Of a stretch of 64,000 nucleotides of DNA, positions 9,348 to 18,307 are shown piece by piece. The position numbers were made by a program, and so were the translations under genes. The stretch lies in contig DATLLJ010000035.1 of assembly GCA_035537875.1 (NCBI GenBank), positions 29,358 through 93,357 on the forward strand, read 5' to 3'. Below the pieces are notes generated by a model that saw nothing but the letters and a program-made list of their open reading frames with translations, had not been told where the DNA came from and made no database searches. How positions within the stretch are numbered: the first letter of the stretch is position 1; every line of letters begins with the position of its first letter. This DNA is from Vicinamibacterales bacterium (GTDB taxonomy: Bacteria > Acidobacteriota > Vicinamibacteria > Vicinamibacterales > CAVVIG01).

Positions 9348-9911
9348 GTGAAACAGCTCCCGGTTGTGCTGGCTATTGGTCTAACGCTGCTCCGCGTGTC
9401 CGCCACCTCGGCTGTTCAAGCACCCGAAGTCAATCCCGACGCGCAACTCCTGCTCGAATTCAAGGAGCGCGTCGATCACTACCTGCAGCTTCGCAACAAA
9501 GCAGATGATGGAGCGCCTCCCCTGGAGAAAACGGAGGACGTCGCACAGATTCGCCAGGCCCAGCTGACGCTGGCCGAACGGATCAAGGCCGCCCGCTCGG
9601 GCGCCAAGCAAGGCGACATCTTCACGCCTGCCATTGCGTCGCAGTTCAAGCGGCTGGTCCACCTGCCGGCGAGGGAGACCGGTTCGAAGGAGATTCTCAA
9701 GGAGGACAATCCCGGAGCCATTACCTTCAAGGTCAACGAGCGCTACCCGGACAAGGAACCGCTTGCGACGGTACCGCCGGCTGTGCTCGGCAGTCTACCG
9801 AAGCTGCCGGAAAAGCAGGATCTCGAATACCGCTTCGTCGGCAAACACCTCGTTCTGCTCGACACGCGCGCACACTTGGTCGTCGATTACGTACCCAATG
9901 CCGTTTCGTAG
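9348..9911 (+). CDS. Hypothetical secreted protein
   Basis: GTG 9348 is preceded by GGAGG (9336-9340). Signal-like N-terminus VKQLPVVLAIGLTLLRVSATSAVQA. No recognisable domain. Confidence 0.5.
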   Translation: MKQLPVVLAIGLTLLRVSATSAVQAPEVNPDAQLLLEFKERVDHYLQLRNKADDGAPPLEKTEDVAQIRQAQLTLAERIKAARSGAKQGDIFTPAIASQFKRLVHLPARETGSKEILKEDNPGAITFKVNERYPDKEPLATVPPAVLGSLPKLPEKQDLEYRFVGKHLVLLDTRAHLVVDYVPNAVS

Positions 9912-9930
9912 GAGTGCGTGAGGTTCAATC

Positions 9931-10821
9931 ATGCCCAGCCGCCATGTCTCTCGATGTGCCAGTCTGCTGGCTTTGGTCGTCGCGATTGCCACGCTCGGAG
10001 CCCAGGACATCACGCTGCCGGCCAAGCCGGACTCACTGAAGTTTGCCGTGATCGGCGACAGCGGAACGGGCAGCTCCGCCCAGTACCGCGTGGCAGAAAT
10101 GCTGTTCAAGGCGCGGGCGACGTTCCCCTACGAGTTCGTGATCATGATGGGGGACAACCTATACGGCCGGGAGACGCCAAAGGACTTCGAGAGGAAGTTC
10201 GAGCTGCCGTATAAGCCGCTGCTCGATGCCAACGTCAAGTTCTACGCCAGTCTCGGCAATCACGATGAGGCCAACCAACGTTATTACAAGCTGTTCAACA
10301 TGAACGGCGAGAAGTACTACACGTTCAAGCCGAGAGATGGGGTGCGGTTTTTCGCGCTCGACAGCAACTACATGGACCAGGCTCAGCTCGACTGGCTGGA
10401 AAAGGAACTCGCCGCGAGCGGGTCGGACTGGAAGATCGCGTTCTTCCACCATCCTCTTTATTCGTCCGGGGGCCGGCACGGCTCCGACCTCCAGCTCCGT
10501 GAGCGGCTCGAGCCGATGTTCCTGAAACACGGCGTCGACGTCGTGTTCTCGGGCCACGAGCACTTCTACGAACGAGTCAAGCCGCAGAAGGCGATCTACT
10601 ACTTCGTGTCAGGAGGGGCCGGGAAGCTGCGGGAAGGCGACGTCAGGCCAAACAGCGAGCTGACCGCCAAAGGGTTCGATACGGGGTACCACTTCATGTT
10701 GCTGGAGCTCGAGAAGGACGTCATGCATTTCGAGGCGGTCAGCGACCAGGGCAAGAGCGTGGACAGCGGCAGCCTGCCGCGCTTCAGCGACGCCGAGAAA
10801 AAGAAACTGGCGGGCTTATAG
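9931..10821 (+). CDS. Secreted calcineurin-like metallophosphoesterase (purple-acid-phosphatase-like)
   Basis: Motifs GDSGTG, GDNLY, GNHD, HHPLYS and GHEHFYER. Signal peptide present. Confidence 0.85.
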   Translation: MPSRHVSRCASLLALVVAIATLGAQDITLPAKPDSLKFAVIGDSGTGSSAQYRVAEMLFKARATFPYEFVIMMGDNLYGRETPKDFERKFELPYKPLLDANVKFYASLGNHDEANQRYYKLFNMNGEKYYTFKPRDGVRFFALDSNYMDQAQLDWLEKELAASGSDWKIAFFHHPLYSSGGRHGSDLQLRERLEPMFLKHGVDVVFSGHEHFYERVKPQKAIYYFVSGGAGKLREGDVRPNSELTAKGFDTGYHFMLLELEKDVMHFEAVSDQGKSVDSGSLPRFSDAEKKKLAGL

Positions 10822-10833
10822 CCGCTCGAGCCA

Positions 10834-11067
10834 TCAGGAGCGGCCGAGCGCGTGTTGGACGGCCGCTAGCGCCTCTTCGTCGGCTGGAAAGCCCGCGGCG
10901 TCCTTTCTGGCGACGATCTGATCATCCACCCAGACGGTGAATTCACCCCGTCCGCCTTCGATGAGCTCAGCGTCGAGACCTGCCTGATCTTTGATGAGCG
11001 CGGCCACACGGACCGCGCGCGGCCGGTAATTTCAAACCTTGCAGTAACGAATGCGGATCTTGTTCAT
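10834..11067 (-). CDS. SelW/Rdx-family selenoprotein, in-frame UGA (Sec) at 11034-11032
   Basis: ATG 11067: MNKIRIRYCKV-UGA-NYRPRAVRVAALIKDQAGLDAELIEGGRGEFTVWVDDQIVARKDAAGFPADEEALAAVQHALGRS, stop at 10836-10834. The CxxU redox motif and the GxGxFxVxV core match the Rdx fold. A hairpin follows the UGA. Confidence 0.7.
10998..11018 (-). promoter_or_regulatory. Candidate bacterial SECIS hairpin
   Basis: On the mRNA, 16 nt after the U of UGA: GCGCGGUC-CGUGU-GGCCGCGC. This is an 8-bp stem (one G-U pair) with a 5-nt loop containing GU. Confidence 0.45.
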
Positions 11068-11087
11068 CGGGAACCGGGGCGAAAAAA

Positions 11088-11381
11088 CTAGTCGTCCTTG
11101 TGCTTCTTGGTCTCGGCTGCATCCATGCGGTGCTCTTCGTGTTCCTTGAGCGCCGACTGGTATTCTTCGTACTCGCGCCCCTTGTGGACGGGCGCCCAGC
11201 GCTTCCTTTCGGCACGAGCCAGCGCCAGCGTGTGCTCCTTCGTGGTCATGCCGGCGGGCACCGAGAGCAGCCGCTCGAGATCCGCCCCGCTGCACGATGG
11301 GCACGTCGGCGCATCTCCGGGACGCACCAGAATCTCGAATTGCTGGCCACAGGCCAGGCACCGATACTCGTAGAGCGGCAT
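11088..11381 (-). CDS. FmdB-family CxxC_CxxC zinc-ribbon protein
   Basis: ATG 11381: MPLYEYRCLACGQQFEILV..APTCPSCSG, the typical FmdB regulatory zinc-ribbon N-terminus. The C-terminal tail is charged. Confidence 0.75.
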   Translation of the reverse strand: MPLYEYRCLACGQQFEILVRPGDAPTCPSCSGADLERLLSVPAGMTTKEHTLALARAERKRWAPVHKGREYEEYQSALKEHEEHRMDAAETKKHKDD

Positions 11382-11473
11382 ACAACCAAAGTCTACCAGA
11401 TCGCTCTTTACAGAGAGGTGGGTGCGGTGTACTGTCGATGCGCTTTCGGCGATTTTGAAAGGATGGCCGGCGT

Positions 11474-12085
11474 ATGAAGAGTTCCGTCCGCACTCTGCTC
11501 GTCTTCGGCATGCTCGTGACAATCGTGCCTGCCGTCACGCATGCTCATTTCAGGCTGCTCGAACCTGCGTCATGGTTGATCGAAAACGAGCGTGGCGATC
11601 CGCAGAAAGCGGGTCCCTGCGGTGGCAGCAACACCGATTGGGGAAAACCAAGCTACATCGTCACGAAAGCCATGGGCGGGTCGAAGCTGCATCTCAAGGT
11701 CCAGGAGACGGTCTTCCACCCGGGGCATTATCGCGTGTCGCTGGCGGTGAACTCGCCCACCGAACTGCCGCCTGATCCCGAAACGCAGACCAAGCCGAGC
11801 GACCGCGGCCCCTGGTCGGTCACCGCCACAGTCCAGAACCCGCTGGCCATTCCGGTGCTGGCGGACGGGTTGTTCGTTCATACGGCTAGAGTGGATACGC
11901 CGTTTGAAACGGACGTGCAGCTCCCCAATATCAATTGCAAGAAGTGCACGCTTCAGGTCGTGCAGTGGATGGCCGAGCACGCCTTCAACAACCCCGGGGG
12001 CTACTCGTACCATCACTGCGCCGATCTGCAGATCACGGCAGACCCCTCGAAGCCGATCGACAAAGGTTGGCCTGCTGAACGTTAA
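11474..12085 (+). CDS. Secreted LPMO-like (histidine-brace candidate) protein
   Basis: Signal peptide MKSSVRTLLVFGMLVTIVPAVTHA followed by HFRLLEP, so the mature N-terminus would be His. Also an internal HPGHY and conserved Cys (PCGG, CKKC, HHCAD). Confidence 0.65.
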   Translation: MKSSVRTLLVFGMLVTIVPAVTHAHFRLLEPASWLIENERGDPQKAGPCGGSNTDWGKPSYIVTKAMGGSKLHLKVQETVFHPGHYRVSLAVNSPTELPPDPETQTKPSDRGPWSVTATVQNPLAIPVLADGLFVHTARVDTPFETDVQLPNINCKKCTLQVVQWMAEHAFNNPGGYSYHHCADLQITADPSKPIDKGWPAER

Positions 12086-12097
12086 CGGTCATGGTCT

Positions 12098-12126
12098 GGC
12101 GGGCGTCGTCGAAGGCGACGCCCGCC
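12098..12126. terminator. Stem-loop between convergent genes
   Basis: Perfect 11-bp arms ggcgggcgtcg / cgacgcccgcc with a 7-nt loop. Confidence 0.5.
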
Positions 12127-12282
12127 GGCCCGTTCGAAGGAGCTCGGGCCGCGCTTCCGCCGCCGCGTGAGCCACTCACTCCTCCTCCATCAGCCTGACG
12201 ATTTCCGCACATCTACTCTCGCCGTTTCGCGCACGACGACTGTCTTCGATCGCCGCGAGCTGGAGTCGGATGCGTGCGGGAC

Positions 12283-13299
12283 TCAGTGCGAATAGATGGT
12301 GTGATAGTTCTTGCGGAAGCCCGTTCGGCGATTCATCAGCTCGAAGCGTCCATCTGCTTCGGCGGTCAATTTGATCCAATACGCGGTCTCGCCCTCGTCG
12401 ACGTTCGCGATGAAGTCGTCAGCGGCGTTCTTCGCATCTGGATGATGCGAGGCGTGCAGCTGCCACAGGTCCATGTCCGGTCGAGATCCCAGCGTACGGA
12501 GCGAATCCGGTGCGCCCCCCTTGACCGCGCTGTTGTTCAGGATCGCGACCTGGGGCTGAAGTGCCGTGAGCATGGCGGGCACGTTGGAGTCGTAGTTCCC
12601 GTGGTGCGCGACGAGATACGCCGACACCCGGCCGAGCAGGTTCGTCGGGCACACGAGCTTGCCGAGCGTGTTGCCGCTCAAATCCCCCAGCGCGACAAAA
12701 CGGAATGCCCCCATCTGAAGCCGAAGGCCGATCGATCGGACATTCTCGGTGCCATCCTCGACGTGGTTCTCGAGCGTGGCGCACCCGGCGTTGCTTTGTC
12801 CTCCCCCAGCTAGTGGCTGCGACACCAGCTCACCGGAAACGCTGACGACCTCGACGTCGAGCCCGGCGAGCGCCAGGCGATCGCCCGGACGCGGGACCAG
12901 ATGTTTCCGATCGGCCCGGACCGGCTCGTAGGCGCGAAATCCATTGACGGCCATTCGGTCGGTGCCGAGTGGCTCGCCGTAGTCGATGAAGGTGCCGATC
13001 GGAATTCGCGCGGCAAGCTCCGGCACGCCGCCCACGTGATCGTTGTGAAAATGCGTAATGACGAGATAGTCGATGCGATCGATGCCGGCGTCCGCAATTG
13101 CGGCGAGAATTCTATCCGGATCCCGCGAGCCCCGATTTCCCCCGTATCCTGCGTCTATCAGCAAAGACTCGCCCGCCGGCGTCACGATGAGCGTGGCCTG
13201 CCCCCCTTCCACGTCGATGAAGTAGATCTGCAGATCTCTGGCGGAAGTGGGATTCGCCACCAGCACAAGCAGCGAAACGAGTAGAACGAGGCGCGGCAT
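12283..13299 (-). CDS. Secreted MBL-fold metallo-hydrolase
   Basis: Signal peptide. ITHFHNDHVGG (HxHxDH), LVAHHGN. Confidence 0.85.
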   Translation of the reverse strand: MPRLVLLVSLLVLVANPTSARDLQIYFIDVEGGQATLIVTPAGESLLIDAGYGGNRGSRDPDRILAAIADAGIDRIDYLVITHFHNDHVGGVPELAARIPIGTFIDYGEPLGTDRMAVNGFRAYEPVRADRKHLVPRPGDRLALAGLDVEVVSVSGELVSQPLAGGGQSNAGCATLENHVEDGTENVRSIGLRLQMGAFRFVALGDLSGNTLGKLVCPTNLLGRVSAYLVAHHGNYDSNVPAMLTALQPQVAILNNSAVKGGAPDSLRTLGSRPDMDLWQLHASHHPDAKNAADDFIANVDEGETAYWIKLTAEADGRFELMNRRTGFRKNYHTIYSH

Positions 13300-13374
13300 C
13301 CGACCTGAGGTGTCTCACGAGACGATACACCAGCCGCGCCGGAAAGACGACGAGGAAGTTGCGTTCCTAGTTCA

Positions 13375-13875
13375 TTAGCATGCACCGACCACCTGCTTGA
13401 TCGCGGTCACGGTCAGCTGCTCGACTTTCTTCTCGGGATTGCCCGCGGTTTCCACTTGCGGCTTTGGCTCGCCGTCGGCCCGCGGGGGCTCGTGCGTCGG
13501 CGCAGCAGCCGCGGCCGGCCTGGCCGTGATTTCCACCTTGTGACCGACGAAGGGCTTCATGTCGAGCGGCGCCACGCTGGCGCGGTCCAGCCGTTTTTCA
13601 GCCTTGAGCTCGTATTCCGTTTCCGCCTGAACGGCGGCGCCCGCGGCAGACGCGGCTGCGGCGGCGCCGGACGGAGTCGCCGTCACGGCCGGAATGACCG
13701 CTGCGTTCGTCAATTTGAACGTCGCTTCGTCGGGACCGGCGACCAGGCAACCGGTGATCAGCTTGGTGTCGTGCGCCGACTCAGGCGCAACAGGAGTCGT
13801 TCGATCGCCCTCCTGCGCCAACGGAGTTGCACATATCAGCCAGCTCACTGCCAGCGTCCACCCTATCGTCCTCAT
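13375..13875 (-). CDS. Hypothetical secreted Ala-rich protein
   Basis: Signal peptide MRTIGWTLAVSWLICATPLAQ. No recognisable domain. Same strand as the cytochrome genes and downstream of them. Confidence 0.5.
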   Translation of the reverse strand: MRTIGWTLAVSWLICATPLAQEGDRTTPVAPESAHDTKLITGCLVAGPDEATFKLTNAAVIPAVTATPSGAAAAASAAGAAVQAETEYELKAEKRLDRASVAPLDMKPFVGHKVEITARPAAAAAPTHEPPRADGEPKPQVETAGNPEKKVEQLTVTAIKQVVGAC

Positions 13876-14010
13876 GACTGCCTCCGCTGCAGCTCACAAC
13901 GAGCCGCCAGCAAACGCGATGCAATATGGCCGCCGACACGCGGATTATGGAAGGGGTGGCTCCGGGACAGACTGGGCGGTTACCCCGACTGCCCGTGCGG
14001 CAACCGCACG

Positions 14011-14553
14011 TCAGTGAGGGGGAAAGTTCGTTGCGAGATACTTGAGGATGATCGGGATCTGATCGTCGGTCAGCGGCGCGCCCTCGCCGATCATCGCGTT
14101 GAGCAGTTCGAACCAGTCTTCGACCGAACCACCATGGGTCCTCACCCGCTGCAGGTCGTGACACATGGTGCAGATGGTCAGCACGATCGCCTTGCCCTCG
14201 CCGTCGGGAAGGGGGCCGTGGAACCGCACGAGATAGTCGGTCAACACCGGCACGTCGCTCGGATCGACCTTCGCGCCCTTCTCGAGCATCGTCGCGATCG
14301 TTTTCGACCATGCCGCCTCGTCCATCGCGGCGGTCTGGATCGGGCGAATCGTGTGACAGCCGACCGCGCTGCAGCTGGCATTCATCACACGCTCGCCACG
14401 CTGGTAGCGCTCGAACAGCAACTGCTGCTCGGATTTCTGCGGCGCCGCGGCAGGGGTCCCGGCAGGCTGTTGTCCACTGACGACGATCGTCAGCGCTACC
14501 GCCCACGCCGATACCAATCCCAGGACCCGTCGAGTGGAGGGTTTCATCGACAC
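14011..14553 (-). CDS. Secreted c-type cytochrome-like protein (one CxxCH, one CX4CH)
   Basis: Signal peptide. CTMCH is canonical. CSAVGCH (CX4CH) was verified on the nucleotide sequence at about 14350-14372. The gene starts 12 nt after the upstream stop. Confidence 0.65.
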   Translation of the reverse strand: MSMKPSTRRVLGLVSAWAVALTIVVSGQQPAGTPAAAPQKSEQQLLFERYQRGERVMNASCSAVGCHTIRPIQTAAMDEAAWSKTIATMLEKGAKVDPSDVPVLTDYLVRFHGPLPDGEGKAIVLTICTMCHDLQRVRTHGGSVEDWFELLNAMIGEGAPLTDDQIPIILKYLATNFPPH

Positions 14554-14565
14554 GGAAGCTCCAGC

Positions 14566-15381
14566 TTATTTTTGCGGCGGCTCGCCGAGAGTCACCGTCT
14601 TGAGGGTCGCTGCGTCTGTCGCCAGCTCGGTGGCGCCGGCCGGATACTGGTTCGAGCTGAGAATGAAGGCGACGACGTCGGCCGTCTGCTGCGGCATCAG
14701 CGAACCGGGCGCGGTGAGCGGCATCGTTGTCTGGACGAGCTCGAGGAGCTCGCCCACCGATTTGGTCTTCCAGTTGGTCGCGAATTCTTTCCCGGCCAGC
14801 GGCGGGCCGACGCCGCCGGTCAATTTCGGATCGTGGCAGGCCGCGCAGTTGTCCGTATAGACGCTTTCACCGCGTTTCGCCTGTGCAGCCGCATAGAGAC
14901 CGGCGCCTGCCGCAGGCGCGGCGCCAGGGCTGGCGGATCCGGTGGTGACGGCGCCGGGCTCGGCCATCTTCACTGCCTTGAGTGCGGCGAGATCCGAGGG
15001 GAGCGGCGTGCTGCCTGACGGATATTTGTTGAAGCTCAGGATGAAGGACAAGACGTCTGCCGCTTGCTCCGGAGTGAGCGTCCCGGGAGAAGTCAGCGGC
15101 ATCGTCGTCTTGATGCGATCGAACAAATCTCCGACCGTCATCTCCTTCCATGCGGTGATGAATTCCATGCCGGCGAGCGCGGGACCGACGCCGCCTGTCA
15201 ACATGGGGTCGTGACAGGCCGCACAATTGTCGGTGTACACCATCTCGCCACGCTTCGCCTGTTCGGCGGCAAAGACACCGTCGTTCACGGAACGGGCCTG
15301 TTGCGCGCGCACAACCGAAGCCGAAAAGGCAGCGGCAATCGCCATTCCAATGAACGTCGCAATGAGCGCCTTGTGCCTCAT
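14566..15381 (-). CDS. Secreted di-haem c-type cytochrome (internal duplication)
   Basis: Two near-identical modules, each with AEQAKRGE.VYTDNCAACHDP.LTGGVGP.LAG and a distal TTMPL methionine. Confidence 0.85.
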   Translation of the reverse strand: MRHKALIATFIGMAIAAAFSASVVRAQQARSVNDGVFAAEQAKRGEMVYTDNCAACHDPMLTGGVGPALAGMEFITAWKEMTVGDLFDRIKTTMPLTSPGTLTPEQAADVLSFILSFNKYPSGSTPLPSDLAALKAVKMAEPGAVTTGSASPGAAPAAGAGLYAAAQAKRGESVYTDNCAACHDPKLTGGVGPPLAGKEFATNWKTKSVGELLELVQTTMPLTAPGSLMPQQTADVVAFILSSNQYPAGATELATDAATLKTVTLGEPPQK

Positions 15382-15825
15382 GTCGGCAATTGTAGCACAC
15401 GGCTTTTGGCCGAAAATCGGACCAAGACCGCATCAAAAGCATCATGTTCACTCGAGCGTCGCAGGTAAACGCCGAGCATGATGACGTCGTAATCTCAAGA
15501 GCGGGTCAAGCTCTGCCCGGCCACATGTGACGCGGATCGTGCGGATTGGTTCAGCGACAAGTCGAGACCGATTGCCTTGATCGCGCGTGTCCTGACGCGT
15601 GCTGTGCGGTCAGAGACCGTGACCGAACCGACCTGTCGCACGCCGTCCCCGTCGTTCATCTTCTTGATCGTCGGATGCTGCTCAGTCGTCTCAGCGGCGG
15701 CGCAGTGCCTGCTCGTGCCGTGCTCAGCGCATCGACGGGATAGAGTGAATCGTTGGTAATCGTTCGATTGCGGGACCATACTGGACCATTCCCGGTTCAC
15801 CTCGGGCGGCTGCAGGAGGTGGCGC

Positions 15826-18159
15826 GTGCGGGCAGGTACCCCCTGGGTCGCGGTCGCGACCGTATTCACGATGCTTGCCTCGCTGGCATCCGACTCGGCC
15901 GCAGCCCAGGACGAGGGCGCTCGTCCCGCTCCTGCTCCAGGCGTCACGAATCCTATAAGCCTCGAAGGTGTACAAGGCGGCCCGGTCGGCCCGGCGCCTC
16001 GCGACGGCGCTCGCCCTGCACGGCCGGCGCTCACACCCGTCCGCGCCCAGCAGGCGCCGTCGATTGACGGACGACTCGACGACGCCATCTGGCGAAGCGC
16101 GGCGCTCATCGACACCTTCGTTCAGGAAGAACCCATCGAAGGCGCGCCGGCGTCGGAGCAAACCGAGGTCCGCGTCGCGTACGACAGCGAGCGGCTGTAC
16201 ATCGGCATTGCAGCGCACTATGCCGACGTCAACCTGAGACGAGCGAACCGCTCCGATCGTGACCGGACCGACGAGGACGATACGGTGACGGTCTTCCTGG
16301 AGCCGTTCCTCGATTACATCCGCGGCTATTCGTTCTCGGTCAATGGTTACGGCGTGCAACGCGATTCGATGATCGTCGTGCAGAACGCGCAAAGTGACGC
16401 CGGCGGAAACACTTCCTTCAACGCCCTCTACTATTCAGGCGGCCAGCTCGTGGAAGACGGATGGACCGCCGAAATGGCCATCCCGTTCAAGAGTCTCAGG
16501 TACCCGGGCCGTGGCGCCGGGGAGGTCCATCGTTGGGGATTTCAGGTGAGGCGCACGATTCGGAGCAAGGACGAAAGCGCCGTCTGGTCCCCCGTCTCGC
16601 GCGCCGATCCGAACTTCCTCGGGCAGATCGGTCTGCTCACAGGGATGACCGATTTCTCGACCGAGCGGAACCTGGAACTCCTCCCGACCTTCACCGCCAT
16701 CCAGACGGGGACGCTCAACGCAACAACTGGAGAGTTCACGATCGACGATGTCGAAGAAGGTGGAGTGGATCTGAAGTACGGGATCAACTCGAACGTCACG
16801 TTCGACTTCACGTACAACCCCGATTTCTCGCAGATCGAATCCGACAACCAACAGATCGAGGTCAACCGGCGCTTTCCAATCAATTTCCCGGAGTTGCGGC
16901 CCTTCTTCCTCGAGGGCCGGGAAATCTACGAGATCCCTGGAGGATTCAGACCGGTCCAGACCCGGCGGATTGTCGACCCGCGCTACGCGGCGAAGCTCAC
17001 CGGAAAAATCAGCGCCCGCACGTCGCTCGGCCTCTTCTTTGCCGATGACGAAGCCCCTGGAAAAGTCGAGAGCTCGATCGATCCGGCCTACGGCCAGAAG
17101 GCGCAGAACGTGCTGGCGCGCGTGAAGTACGACCTCTATCGGAACGCACATGTCGGCGGGATCTTCACCGACCGAGAGTTCCTCGATGGTTACAGCCGGC
17201 TCGTGGGTTTCGATACCGCTCTGCCGATCGGTGTCAGCAAGAACTTCGGCCTCCGCTTTTACAAGAGCGAATCGCTGGCCAATAACGCCCGGGTCGGCGG
17301 ATGGGCGACGGAAAACACCTTCAGGCACAACGGCCGGAACCTGGGCTGGAGTCTCATTCACAACGCCATTTCGCCTCAGTTTGGCAGTCAATTGAGCTTC
17401 ATCGAGCGGACCGATCAGATACAGTCGATGCCGTCGATCAGCTATCGCTGGTATCCCGAGACATGGATCCGCAACTGGGGGCCCAACTTCGGCAACCCGC
17501 GTCTGTGGGACTTCAACGGCGTCCTCCAGAACGAAGACTACACTCCCCGCGTCAGCTTCTCCTTTGCCAAGAACATCACCCTCAATACGGGGTTCACACG
17601 GGCGATGGAGCGGTATCGCGACATCCCGTTCCACAAGAACACCTGGTCGATCTCAAGCAATGTGAACACGAGCCGGAAGATCTCCCTGTCGGCCAGCTTC
17701 GACAAAGGCGACGAGATCCGCTTTACCGTCAACCCGTATCTCGGGCGAAGCCGGGAATACGCCGCCACCGTCACGGCGCGACCGACGTCCCGCTTGCAGT
17801 CGGCGTTCAGAATCACCGCGAGCCGATTCATGGACCCCCGCAGCGGCAGCGATGAATTGGTGTTCAACGTCAAGATCCTGCGCTCGACGACAACCTACCA
17901 GTTCACCCCGCGTCTGCTCATACGGAACATCTGGGAGCTCAACACCGGGCAAGGCTCGAGGCATACGACGTTCGAGAACTTCCTGGTGACCTACCGCGTG
18001 AACAGCGGCACGGTGTTCTACGTGGGATACGACGACCGATTCCGCCAGGAGAGCACGGTCGAGGACCAGGTCATCGTCGACACATCCTATCGGCGTACGA
18101 ATCGGGCGATCTTCACCAAACTCAGCTACCTGTTCAGGCGGGGCGGGGCTGCCGAATAG
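15826..18159 (+). CDS. CBM9-like + DUF5916-type putative outer-membrane barrel protein, paralog 1
   Basis: GTG 15826 after AGGAGG (15814-15819). Signal peptide. APSIDGRLDDAIWRSAALIDTFVQEEP (CBM9/DOMON-like), then a long beta-rich region with NPDFSQIESD..RFP..PELRPFFLEGREIY. Confidence 0.8.
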   Translation: MRAGTPWVAVATVFTMLASLASDSAAAQDEGARPAPAPGVTNPISLEGVQGGPVGPAPRDGARPARPALTPVRAQQAPSIDGRLDDAIWRSAALIDTFVQEEPIEGAPASEQTEVRVAYDSERLYIGIAAHYADVNLRRANRSDRDRTDEDDTVTVFLEPFLDYIRGYSFSVNGYGVQRDSMIVVQNAQSDAGGNTSFNALYYSGGQLVEDGWTAEMAIPFKSLRYPGRGAGEVHRWGFQVRRTIRSKDESAVWSPVSRADPNFLGQIGLLTGMTDFSTERNLELLPTFTAIQTGTLNATTGEFTIDDVEEGGVDLKYGINSNVTFDFTYNPDFSQIESDNQQIEVNRRFPINFPELRPFFLEGREIYEIPGGFRPVQTRRIVDPRYAAKLTGKISARTSLGLFFADDEAPGKVESSIDPAYGQKAQNVLARVKYDLYRNAHVGGIFTDREFLDGYSRLVGFDTALPIGVSKNFGLRFYKSESLANNARVGGWATENTFRHNGRNLGWSLIHNAISPQFGSQLSFIERTDQIQSMPSISYRWYPETWIRNWGPNFGNPRLWDFNGVLQNEDYTPRVSFSFAKNITLNTGFTRAMERYRDIPFHKNTWSISSNVNTSRKISLSASFDKGDEIRFTVNPYLGRSREYAATVTARPTSRLQSAFRITASRFMDPRSGSDELVFNVKILRSTTTYQFTPRLLIRNIWELNTGQGSRHTTFENFLVTYRVNSGTVFYVGYDDRFRQESTVEDQVIVDTSYRRTNRAIFTKLSYLFRRGGAAE

Positions 18160-18307
18160 GCCTGCCGGACCGGCTGGGCCAGCCCCGAAAAACGTGGAGC
18201 AAGCGCCCCGACACTGATGTTAGAATGACCGCTCTGCCGAGCATAGAGCACCGCCCTCGAAGCGGCGAACCGGTCTCCTAGTTTCCATTTCTCCCGAGAA
18301 GAGAAGG

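Noticed and set aside
11032-11538. 168-aa minus-strand ORF from the track
   Set aside because: It is a composite artefact. Most of it is an out-of-frame read across the FmdB gene (real frame 11088-11381). Only its last 11 codons are real, being the start of the selenoprotein gene interrupted by UGA.
13456-15018. 520-aa plus-strand ORF
   Set aside because: It is entirely antisense to the two cytochrome c genes and the Ala-rich protein gene. The translation is Arg/Gly/Pro-rich with no motifs. This is a typical mirror ORF of a high-GC genome, whereas the minus-strand genes carry signal peptides and CxxCH motifs.
15382-15825. 444-bp intergenic region, checked for a riboswitch, sRNA or small ORF (for example a 54-aa minus-strand ORF at 15495-15659)
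   Set aside because: I saw no conserved riboswitch core, no strong hairpins and no convincing RBS for the small ORF. It probably just holds divergent promoters. This cannot be decided without covariance-model searches such as Rfam/Infernal.
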